DNA of 16,811 bases from an uncultured archaeon. GTDB lineage: Archaea; Hadarchaeota; Hadarchaeia; Hadarchaeales; Hadarchaeaceae. The stretch lies in the NCBI GenBank assembly GCA_937921735.1, contig CAKZTQ010000055.1, positions 1 to 16,811 on the forward strand, written 5' to 3'. Within the stretch, counting starts at the first letter, position 1. Each line of letters starts with the position of its first letter. Of the stretch, positions 8,507 to 16,811 are shown one piece after another. A model generated the notes under the pieces. That model was not told the DNA's origin. It saw only the letters and a program-made list of their open reading frames with translations, and searched no databases. Both the position numbers and the translations under genes were made by a program.

Positions 8507-10651
8507 CATTCGATGCAGCCCGTGAAGACCACTTCATGGGTGAAGGGCAAAATTGCGATTGCAAGATGATTGCCACGCATAGGTCTGCTTAGCGCTGGCT
8601 GGGTTCAAAAGGAAACGAACGCCTAAGCCACCTGGGGGATAGCTCGGCTCGGGCGCCGAGGAAGGCCGTGGCAAGCAGCGAAATGCTCGGGCGAGGCGCA
8701 GGCGGCCCTTGAACCCGAGATCGCCGAATGGGACTTCCTGGCGGGGGGTAACCCCCGTCGTTCGCGGCAGCGAACGGGAACCCCGGGAACGGAAACATCT
8801 TAGTACCGGGAGGAAAAGAAAGCAACCGCGATGCCCTGAGTAACGGCGAGTGAAAAGGGCAGAGGGCAAACCGAACCCGGTGGCGAAAGTCACTGGGGAT
8901 GTGGGGTTGTAGGACCCTTCCCAATCCCTAGCGCGGGAAGCCGAAGTCGGCTGGAAGGCCGCGCCGGAGAGGGTGAAAGCCCCGTAGGCGTAACTGCGCG
9001 GGGTACGAGGGAGGGGATCCTGAGTAGGATGCCTTGGAAATGGTGTCCGAAGCTGGGAGGCATCAACTCCCAACCCTAAATACGTCCCGAGACCGATAGC
9101 GGACGCAGTACCGCGAGGGAAAGCTGAAAAGTACCCCGGAAGGGGGGTGAAAAGAGCTTGAAACCAGGTGGCGATAGTTGGACACGGCTCGAAAGGGTTG
9201 AGTCTCCCCGAAGGAACCCGCGGCGACGCGGTAGTACGAGGGGAGAGGACCGGGGTCGTGTCGTCCGTCTGGAATCACGGGCCAGGGAGTTCATCGTCGT
9301 GGCGAGGCTAAGGGGTCAAACCCCGGAGCCGTAGCGAAAGCGAAAGGTCCGCATCGCGAAAGCGAGAGGGACTGGGTGCGAAAGCGCCCGGAGTCACGGC
9401 GATGAGACCCGAAACCGGGTGATCTAGTCCGGGGTAGGATGAAGCCGACCGATAGGTCGGTGGAGGTCCGAACCGGTCTTGACGTGCAATTCGGTCGGAT
9501 GACCTCGGGCTAGTGGCGAAAGACCCATCAAACCCGGTGACAGCTGGTTCCTCCCGAAGCTGGCCGCAGTCAGGCCCAGCGCGAGGTCGCCGGCGGCGTA
9601 GAGCACCGATTGGTGGGATACGGGGGGAAACCCTCGGCTCACCTGTCGAACTCCGAAGTCGTCGGCACCGTAGACCGCTGGAGACGGGATGCGGGGGGTA
9701 AGCTCCCGCTCCGAGAGGGGAACAACCCAGACCAGGGTTAAGGCCCCAAAATGCCGGCTAAGTGTGAAAACAAAGGGCGTCCCCGTCCTTAGACAGCGGG
9801 GAGGTAGGCTCAGAAGCAGCCATCCTTTAAACAACGCGTAACAGCGGACCCGTCGAGGGCGGGGGCCCCGAAAATGGACGGGGCTAAGCCGGCTGCCGAG
9901 ACCCTGGGGCGGGCGAAGTTCAGTAGCCCGATCCGGTAGGGAGGCGCCCGGCGCGGGGAGAAGCTCGGGCGTGAGCTCGGGTGGACCGCGTTGGGATGAG
10001 GATCCTGGCGGTAGTAGCAGCAAAGTGGGGTGAGAATCCCCACCGCCGAAGGGGCCCGGGTTCCTCGACAATGATCGTCAGTCGAGGGTTAGTCGGTCCT
10101 AAGGCCGCCCTCAACCAGAGGCGGTCGAAGGGGAAACCGGTTAAAATTCCGGTACCACCCAGGTACCTGCGGCAACGCAAGCCCGGCTTCCGACGCTTCG
10201 GGGTAGGCCGAGCGGGGTCGTCGCCCCGTCTAACTTGCGGAAGCCCGGGGAGTTCCGTAATGGAGAGAACCGGGCGAACGCGGGAATGGCCTGCCGCAAG
10301 GTGGGTTCGGCTGATCCCTGGAGCCCGTGAAAAGGGAGCCGGGAAATGGGACCCTGGGTGACCGTACCTAGATCCGACACAGGTGCCCCTAGGTGAGAAG
10401 CCTAAGGCGTGTCGGGAGACCCCAGGCCAGGGAATTCGGCAAGTTAGCCCCGTGACTTAGGGCGAAGGGGTGCCTGCTCCGCGAAGGAGCAGGTCGCAGT
10501 GACAAGGGGGGGCCGACTGTTTAATAAAAACGTAGCTAACCGCTAGCCCGAAAGGGTGAGTACGGTTAGTGAATTCTGCCCACCGGCGGTACGTGAAGGC
10601 CCGGTTCAACGGGCAGAAGCGCCGCCAAGGGGCGGGGGTAACTATAACCCT

Positions 10652-11507
10652 CGAGAAGGGGGTTGTAAAACCCGGCTGTATGCGGGGAAGACGTGACCGG
10701 GGATGGACTACTCCAAGGAGTAACAAGGTTCATCTCCGATGAGGTCGACCCGCAGGAAACCCCGGAGGGCCAGGGAGGCTTAAATAATAGAGTCCCTCTT
10801 AAATTGACAACGATGACGGAGTCGCTACCGTACCTGATTGGCGTGATGCTCGGTGATGGCGGTGTCTATGGAAACTCGTACACGGTATTCTGCAGAGACA
10901 GGAGCAGAGAGTTCGCGGAGAGCGTTGCCAAGATCGTCGAGAAAATCTTCAACTTCACACCGAGGGTGAACAGAGCTTCACCGAACAGTTGGATCGTGAG
11001 TACCAACCGCAGGGATGTTCACAGGTTCTTCGTGAAAATCGGGTATCCGAAGGGGAGGAAGCTCACGACCCTCGGGATACCGAGGATCTTCACCGCGGAC
11101 AAGGATTCAAGATTGGAGGTCGCCAGAGGACTATTTGATGCGGAGGGCTACTGCGGAATCGACAGGCAGAGACATGGGGAGAAAGTGTATAGCTATCCGT
11201 ACGTTGGAATAGACATGATCACCGGACCACTTGTCAAACAATTGCGTGGAATCCTGAGGGAGGTCACGATCGAGAGCGCGATCTCGATCAAGAGGCGCAG
11301 GGCATGGGGAAAGAATCCGCAGTTTTCGCTCGTGATCAAGGGTCTGGAGAGGGTCAGAAAGTTCAGGGACGTGATCGGCTTCAGACATCCCGAGAAGAGG
11401 GAAAAGCTCGATTGGCTCGTTGAAGGGGGATCCTCAGAGACCATACGCCGGGCGCACCGGAATGTGTGCGATGATATGGTCCACCCTTCCGAAAAAGTGG
11501 AAGGGAG
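10652..11507 (+). mobile_element. Group I intron (IB-like) at 23S position L1923, 856 nt
   Basis: Interrupts TATAACCCT^CTTAAGGTAG. P1 AACCCU/GGGGUU has U.G at the 5' splice site. P3 CCCGGC/GCCGGG, P4 TGCGGG/CCCGCA, P6 GGA/TCC, P7 GAGACCA/TGGTCC, J8/7 ATGATA, P8 CGCAC/GTGCG, P9 CCCTTCC/GGAAGGG and terminal omega-G at 11507. Confidence 0.93.
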
Positions 11508-11517
11508 CTTAAGGTAG
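10813..11517 (+). CDS. Intron-encoded double-motif LAGLIDADG homing endonuclease (234 aa from ATG10813)
   Basis: Motif 1 YLIGVMLGDG, motif 2 VARGLFDAEG, with KGRK between them and the tail F...IGFRHPEK. The ORF starts in the P6 loop. The GTG10693 extension runs through ribozyme helices and is unlikely to be the start. Confidence 0.9.
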   Translation: MTESLPYLIGVMLGDGGVYGNSYTVFCRDRSREFAESVAKIVEKIFNFTPRVNRASPNSWIVSTNRRDVHRFFVKIGYPKGRKLTTLGIPRIFTADKDSRLEVARGLFDAEGYCGIDRQRHGEKVYSYPYVGIDMITGPLVKQLRGILREVTIESAISIKRRRAWGKNPQFSLVIKGLERVRKFRDVIGFRHPEKREKLDWLVEGGSSETIRRAHRNVCDDMVHPSEKVEGSLR

Positions 11518-11522
11518 CGTAA

Positions 11523-11554
<32 letters not shown>

Positions 11555-12137
11555 GGAATCAACGAGCCCCCCACTGTCCCGGCCTGGGCCCCGGTGAACC
11601 CACTGGCCGGCGAACATGCCGGGGACCCCCGAAGGGAAACGAAGACCCCGTGGACCTTCACTGCAGCCTGCCGTTGGGGCGCGATCGTGGGTGTAGAGCG
11701 TAGGCGGGAGCCAAAGCTGGGTCGAAAGGCCCGGTGGAGGCGCCAATGTAACACCGCCCTCCTGCGGTTGCGTTCCTAACCCCAAAAGGGGACCGCGGTA
11801 GGTGGGCAGTTTCGCTGGGGCGGCAGCCTCTCGAAAGGATATCGAGAGGGCCCAAAGGTCGGCTTAGGCGGGTCAGAAATCCGCCGTGAAGGGCAAGGCC
11901 AAAAGCCGGCCTGACTGCGTCCTCAACACCAAGGGACGCAGGGGCGAAAGCCTGGCCTAGCGAACCCCGATGTCCCTCTTGATGAGGGCTCGGGATGACA
12001 GAAAAGGTACCCCGGGGATAACAGAGTTGTCGCGGGCGAGAGCCCCCATCGACCCCGCGGCTTGCTACCTCGATGTCGGTTCTTCCTATCCTGGCCGTGC
12101 AGCAGCGGCCAAGGGTGGGGTTGTTCGCCCATTAAAA

Positions 12138-12179
<42 letters not shown>

Positions 12180-12553
12180 TGCTATCTTTCGGGGGTGCTG
12201 GGTACCTGAGGGGAAGGTGGCCTCAGTACGAGAGGAACAGGTCACCGGCGCCTCTGGTTTACCGGTTGTCCGACAGGGCACAGCCGGGCAGCTACGCGCC
12301 AGCCGATAAGGCCTGAAAGCATCTAAGGCCGAAGCGGCCCTCGAAAATAGGTACCCATTTCCGGCGGCTCCGAAAGGGGCGCTCGCGCCGGCGACGGCGC
12401 GGGAAGCCGGAACAAGGGCTGGGGCTAGAAGACCCCGTTGATAGGCCGGGGGTGTAAGCGCGAAGCTCAGGCGACGCGCTCAGCCCGCCGGTACTAATCG
12501 CCCGAGGTTCGTTTCCTTTAACCCAAGGCGATGGGCAGACCTATGCGTGGCGC

Positions 12554-12565
12554 TTTTACTTTTTT
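12554..12565 (+). terminator. Oligo-T terminator of the rRNA operon
   Basis: TTTTACTTTTTT immediately after the 3' arm of the 23S processing stem (12507-12551, pairing with 8572-8620). Confidence 0.65.
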
Positions 12566-12594
12566 GACGAAGAGGGTTCACATAGATCGGGCGA

Positions 12595-13920
12595 CTAAAC
12601 GATTCTCGCTATTTTTATCGCTAGCCTCGCGACCTCCACGGCCGACCTTCCGAGGAGCCTTATCATGGCCTCCTTGCCCTTTGCGCCGCGATCGAAGATC
12701 ACGTCGGGCACCGCTCCGGCCCTCCCTATCGCTTGCTCGGTCCCCCAGACCATGGTTTTAACGCCGCCGGGCTCGCGGGTTCGGTCGAAGCCGGCGACGG
12801 TGAGCCCGAGCTTCCTGCAGGCGCGCAAGATCTCCTGAGAGAAGCGAAGGTTCATCGCAGCCCTTATCCGAGGATCGTGCCTGGAGGCAGTCAGCGCGAT
12901 GTTGGCCACGTGCTCCGAGCCGCCCAACATCGGGAAACCCGTCAGCCTCGGTTGGCCGTCGACGCGGATGATCCTCCCGGAGAGCCCGATTACGTCCGAC
13001 GTGGCCTTTGCGCCCAGCGGAACCACAGCGATGTTCACGCCGACCTCCGGTATGAGCTTGGCAAATTTTGGGGTGGAGGCCAAAAGTTGAGCGGCCGCCC
13101 AAACGTCCTGCAGCGCTCGCCAGCGGTCCGCATCGAGTAGGAGGGGCATCATGGGGTTAATCGGTTTCACCCCCTTGCCGACGTCGAGTTTGCCCTCCAC
13201 CGCTTTGGCGATGAAGTCCCTCGCCTCTCCCACGGCTTGGCGCAGGCTTAGCCCCTTCGCTAGTCCAGCCGTTATCGCGGCCGAAAAAGAGCACCCCGTA
13301 CCGTGGGCTGGCTTGCCTGGGACCCTGGGCCCCACGAACACCGTATACTTCCCGTCGGCGTAGAGCAAGTCCACCACCTCCCTGCCCGCCAGGTGCCCAC
13401 CCTTCACGAGCACGGCCTTGGGGCCCAGCTTGGCGATGGCCCTAGCGGCTACCCTCATTTCGCGCAGGCCGTGGATCCTCACCCCGGAGAGCTTCTGGGC
13501 TTCGGGCACGTTGGGGGTCACCAGCTCAGCCCCACCGATGAGCCTGATGAGCGAGTGTAGAGCATCGGCGCGCAGCAACGGCGCACCGGTGGCGGAGACC
13601 ATTACCGGATCGACGACGAGGCGGAGGCCGTAGCGCTTCACCCCCTTCTCCACCGCCTCTATGATATCCGCGTTGCTCAACATGCCGGTCTTGGCCCATT
13701 CCACCTCGAAGTCCTGCATTAGGGTGTCCAGCTGCTGGGCGACGAACTCAGGGGAAAGGTCGAAAATGGCATCGACGCCCTGCGTGTTCTGGGCCGTCAC
13801 AGCCGTGACGACGCAGAGCCCGTGGACGCCCAGGGCCGCGAAGGTCTTTAGGTCCGCGGCTATCCCCGCGCCACCCCCCGAGTCGGAGCCGGCTATGGTG
13901 AGGGCACAGGGCACCTTCAC
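12595..13920 (-). CDS. thiDN: Bifunctional HMP/HMP-P kinase + thiamine-phosphate synthase (ThiD-ThiN fusion)
   Basis: ThiD motifs [38 protein letters not shown] and HGTGC. ThiN domain IPEVGVN...GGSEHVA...AMNLRF...[18 protein letters not shown]. Overlaps the upstream gene by GTGA. Confidence 0.93.
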   Translation of the reverse strand: MKVPCALTIAGSDSGGGAGIAADLKTFAALGVHGLCVVTAVTAQNTQGVDAIFDLSPEFVAQQLDTLMQDFEVEWAKTGMLSNADIIEAVEKGVKRYGLRLVVDPVMVSATGAPLLRADALHSLIRLIGGAELVTPNVPEAQKLSGVRIHGLREMRVAARAIAKLGPKAVLVKGGHLAGREVVDLLYADGKYTVFVGPRVPGKPAHGTGCSFSAAITAGLAKGLSLRQAVGEARDFIAKAVEGKLDVGKGVKPINPMMPLLLDADRWRALQDVWAAAQLLASTPKFAKLIPEVGVNIAVVPLGAKATSDVIGLSGRIIRVDGQPRLTGFPMLGGSEHVANIALTASRHDPRIRAAMNLRFSQEILRACRKLGLTVAGFDRTREPGGVKTMVWGTEQAIGRAGAVPDVIFDRGAKGKEAMIRLLGRSAVEVARLAIKIARIV

Positions 13921-15191
13921 GTTCTTTCCCCCAGCAAATAGGTCGGGCGGGCCCCGGTTATCTTGACCCTTAGGAATTCGCCCAGCTCGGCTTTGGTTAA
14001 GATGGCGGGCTTGTAGTTGGGCAGCCTAGCTATATATCCGCCCTTTAGGCCCTCCTCCACCACTAATCCCTCCGCGATTCGCCCAACGTATCGCAGGTTC
14101 CGTTCATAACCGATCCTCCTGCAGATGTCGCTGAGCAACCTCGACCTCACCTTCACCTCCCGCCCCTCCACCTGTTTCATCCTCGCCGCGTCCGTGTTGG
14201 GCATCGGGGAGAATCTCGTCAGGTTTACCTTATCCGGCTTCACCTCCTCGATGAGCTTGCAGGTATCCTCGAACTCCTCTTTACCCTCGCCTGGGAAGCC
14301 CACTATGACATCCGTCGCGAGGTATAGGTCCTCAAACCTCTGCCTGAACGCCTCCACTATCCCTAGGAACTCATCGACGGTATAGCCGCGACGCATCCCG
14401 GCGAGCACGTCGTCGTTCCCGCTTTGAACCGGCAAGTGGAGGAACTTGTATACCTTATCGCTCTCGAAGGCATCGAGCAGCTCTGGCAAAATGCGCTTCG
14501 CGGTGGCGGGGTTCATCATCCCCACCCTTACCCTGAACTTGCCCTCGAGCGCGGCGATCCTCCTCAGCAGCTCCGGGAGGCTCGAGCCCTTATCCATACC
14601 GTAGGCGGCCGTATCTTGGGAGGTGAGTAATATCTCTCGATATCCGCTGAGGATCGCCCTTCTAGCCTCTTCTAGGATGGCATCGGCATCGAAGCTATAG
14701 AGCCTCCCCCTGGCCAGCCTCACCGAGCAATAGCTGCAGTTGGAGACGCAGCCCTCCGAGATCGCGACTATTGCGCTCACGCCGCTGAGGCGGAGCTTCG
14801 GGAGGCGGGGCTTCTCCTTGGGCTCGCGTTCCATCAGGCGCACCTCCCCTTCGCCCTCGGCGATTCGATCGACCACGGTCGCGATCGCGTCCACGGAATG
14901 GCAGGATATCACGCCCGCGAAAGTGCCCAGCCTCTCGATCGAGGCCAAGTCTATGAGGGGTAAGCAGCCCGCGACTATCACGTGTTTTCCATCCAATTGG
15001 CGAAGCTCTCGCAGCCTCCGCAGCACCTTGCGCTGGGTTGGCCCCTTTACGGCGCATGTGTTCACGATGATCACCTCGGCGTCCGCTGGGCTAGTGGTCA
15101 CCTCGTGGCCTGCCGCCTTGAGGCAACCGAGCATTATCTCGCTGTCACCCTTGTTCATGGTGCAGCCGAAGGTCTCGCAGTAGACCCTCAT
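13917..15191 (-). CDS. MiaB-like radical SAM tRNA methylthiotransferase, archaeal type (probably e-MtaB/CDKAL1, acting on t6A37)
   Basis: UPF0004 N-terminus ETFGCTMN...NTCAVK...AGCLP, radical SAM motif [25 protein letters not shown] and a C-terminal TRAM domain. Confidence 0.9.
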   Translation of the reverse strand: MRVYCETFGCTMNKGDSEIMLGCLKAAGHEVTTSPADAEVIIVNTCAVKGPTQRKVLRRLRELRQLDGKHVIVAGCLPLIDLASIERLGTFAGVISCHSVDAIATVVDRIAEGEGEVRLMEREPKEKPRLPKLRLSGVSAIVAISEGCVSNCSYCSVRLARGRLYSFDADAILEEARRAILSGYREILLTSQDTAAYGMDKGSSLPELLRRIAALEGKFRVRVGMMNPATAKRILPELLDAFESDKVYKFLHLPVQSGNDDVLAGMRRGYTVDEFLGIVEAFRQRFEDLYLATDVIVGFPGEGKEEFEDTCKLIEEVKPDKVNLTRFSPMPNTDAARMKQVEGREVKVRSRLLSDICRRIGYERNLRYVGRIAEGLVVEEGLKGGYIARLPNYKPAILTKAELGEFLRVKITGARPTYLLGERT

Positions 15192-15241
15192 TTGGCCACC
15201 AAAATTAATTTACCACGATCGACAATAAAATCAGCGGTCAC

Positions 15242-16000
15242 ATGAAGAAAATCCAGCTGACGTTGATCCAGATAGACAACTACGGCCCATGGACGGTCAC
15301 GCCGGCCCATCGTCGGGAGGCGGACCTCCAGACGCTTCAGGCTGAGCTCTTCGCCGACCTGGAGAGGCTCTTCTCCGCTCGTGGCGGGCTGGTCTTCTGC
15401 ACCAGGTTCGATAACATGCTCGCCATCTCTAACGGCATCGACGCGAATACCCACAGGGCCATTCAGGAGAGCATCCACAATCGCTACCCCATTACCCTGA
15501 GCATGGGCATAGGCGCCGCCGAGACACCCTACGAGGCGCAGGTGCTTGCGACACGAGCGCTGCAGCGGGTGGGGAGCAGCCGATCGGTGGAAAGGCGAGG
15601 CGCGCTGGTGGGTGAGTGCGTCATCCCGCCTGACGAGGATTGGGTGCAGATCGCGCACGTGGACGTGGACCACACGAGCTCGATGACCGACAGCCGCCCC
15701 ATCTACGATACCCACATGCTGCTGCAGAGGGTGCACCTCCTGCTGATGGAGGCCCTGTCGAAGCACGGGGCGCTCGTCTTTTACACGGGGGGCGATAACT
15801 TCATGGCACCTTCCAACGGCGTCGGGGAGAAGGAGCTCCAAGCGATCATCGATGACGTGCAGCGAGAGCTCGGGGTGGAGCTGAAGGCAGGTGTCGGGGG
15901 AGGGGCAACCGCTGAGCTAGCAGCTCGTTTGGCGAGCCAAGGGTTGAAGGAGATCAGGGAGGGTAGGGCAATAGGACGATTGGTGTTCAAGACGGGCTAG
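15242..16000 (+). CDS. gch3: GTP cyclohydrolase III (archaeal riboflavin/F420 pathway)
   Basis: IQIDNYGPWT, RE.DLQ.LQ, RFDN, TPYEAQ, IAHVDV, GGDNFM and LKAGVG are MJ0145-family motifs. Confidence 0.93.
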   Translation: MKKIQLTLIQIDNYGPWTVTPAHRREADLQTLQAELFADLERLFSARGGLVFCTRFDNMLAISNGIDANTHRAIQESIHNRYPITLSMGIGAAETPYEAQVLATRALQRVGSSRSVERRGALVGECVIPPDEDWVQIAHVDVDHTSSMTDSRPIYDTHMLLQRVHLLLMEALSKHGALVFYTGGDNFMAPSNGVGEKELQAIIDDVQRELGVELKAGVGGGATAELAARLASQGLKEIREGRAIGRLVFKTG

Positions 16001-16265
16001 CCGAGCGCGCAGGGTCTTCGCGAGGCGCATCCGCTTGGTCCTCCAAGAGCGAAATGGTCCTTAAGTTACCTCCCTTGACGAAGGTCAACTTGTGACGTCC
16101 GACGAGCTTATCGTTGAAGTATTCCTCGACATCCCCTAATATCAAATTCATGTGCTCATCGTATTGGGAGAGGACCCCGCTTAACCTATGCCCGTCCTTG
16201 ATGTTTATCATCACCTTCTTGTTGAGGAATTTTTCGAGGTCCAAAAGTTTTAGTTCCTCTTCCAT
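15987..16265 (-). CDS. Sm-like archaeal protein (Lsm/SmAP)
   Basis: Sm1 motif LNKKVMI..KDG..LSGVL..YDEHMNLIL.DVEE and Sm2-like FVKGGNL. Its 3' end overlaps gch3 by 14 bp. Confidence 0.85.
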   Translation of the reverse strand: MEEELKLLDLEKFLNKKVMINIKDGHRLSGVLSQYDEHMNLILGDVEEYFNDKLVGRHKLTFVKGGNLRTISLLEDQADAPREDPARSASPS

Positions 16266-16332
16266 GCGCGCCCTTACAAACTCAATTGGGCGCCACTTAA
16301 CACTTTCGGTTATCTCTCTCTGCGGGCAACGG

Positions 16333-16367
16333 TTTAAAAGCCAAGGGAGAAGGTCGCGGAGGGGTGA
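16333..16367 (+). promoter_or_regulatory. radA TATA box and Shine-Dalgarno sequence
   Basis: TTTAAAA at 16333-16339. GGAGGGGTGA at 16358-16367 is complementary to the 16S tail GATCACCTCC. Confidence 0.6.
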
Positions 16368-16370
16368 AAG

Positions 16371-16811
16371 ATGACCGAACTCGAAGAGCTGGATGGGGTT
16401 GGACCAGCGATAGCCGAAAAACTTCGAGCGGCTGGTTATGAGTCGGTTGAAAGTTTGGCCGTGGCCACGACCGGCGAACTGATGGAGGCCGCCGAGCTCG
16501 GGATGCGGATGGCGGTGCGAATAATAAATTCAGCCCGAGAGGCGGCCAAAATGGGATACGAGAAAGCGAGCGAGGTACTGGAGCGCCGCAAGCGATTGGG
16601 GCACATCTCGACCGGAAGCAGCGCCCTCGACAAGATGATCGGGGGAGGGGTGGAGACGCAGGGCTTAACTGAGGTCTTCGGGGAGTTCGGCTCGGGCAAG
16701 AGCCAGCTCGCGCACCAGCTCTGCGTCAACGTCCAGCTGCCGCCTGAGCGAGGTGGGCTCAACGGAAAGGCGATCTTCATTGACACCGAGAACACCTTCA
16801 GGCCGGAGAGG
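16371..16811 (+). CDS. radA: DNA repair and recombination protein RadA (5' partial, runs off the window)
   Basis: [23 protein letters not shown] (HhH N-domain), ISTGS.ALD..IGGGVET, Walker [15 protein letters not shown] and [11 protein letters not shown]. It is absent from the ORF track because it has no stop in the window. Confidence 0.95.
   Translation, partial: MTELEELDGVGPAIAEKLRAAGYESVESLAVATTGELMEAAELGMRMAVRIINSAREAAKMGYEKASEVLERRKRLGHISTGSSALDKMIGGGVETQGLTEVFGEFGSGKSQLAHQLCVNVQLPPERGGLNGKAIFIDTENTFRPER

Noticed and set aside
10652-11508. Reading the 23S insert as a BHB intron, or with boundaries 10653-11508
   Set aside because: No BHB was found at the junctions, and the U.G pair in P1 plus the terminal G fix the boundaries at 10652-11507.
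12517-12594. 5S rRNA downstream of 23S
   Set aside because: Only the processing-stem arm, a T-tract and the thiDN 3' end are present. An unlinked 5S is common in archaea.
15188-15841. 217-aa antisense ORF over gch3 and similar antisense ORFs over other genes
   Set aside because: Expected from GC-rich codon bias. The opposite strand carries the recognisable gene.
16680-16710. Intein at the RadA Walker A motif
   Set aside because: [14 protein letters not shown] is uninterrupted.

Overview
Archaeal DNA, apparently mosaic. Positions 1-3100 are AT-rich and carry arsC, a DUF438/hemerythrin/PAS gene and a secreted hypothetical protein. Next come a membrane-anchored alkaline-phosphatase-superfamily gene, a DUF711 gene and tRNA-His. 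A euryarchaeal-type, very GC-rich rRNA operon follows (16S, tRNA-Ala(UGC), 23S; no 5S), then thiDN, a MiaB-like methylthiotransferase, GTP cyclohydrolase III, an Sm/Lsm gene and the 5' part of radA. A Hadarchaeota/Thermococci-like thermophile is my inference, not a database result. Main highlights: (1) an 856-nt self-splicing group I intron, not a BHB intron, at 23S position L1923, with a double-motif LAGLIDADG ORF whose stop codon lies in the downstream exon and which has a candidate internal TATA box; (2) a 16S processing bulge-helix-bulge whose outer helix is made from the 5' end of tRNA-Ala, so the predicted cut falls exactly at tRNA G1; (3) a circularly permuted DNRLRE/CBM96-like domain inserted in the phosphatase; (4) a branched H98 expansion in 23S and a compensated C18-G917 to U-A change in the 16S central pseudoknot. 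All calls come from manual reading of the sequence; no searches were run.
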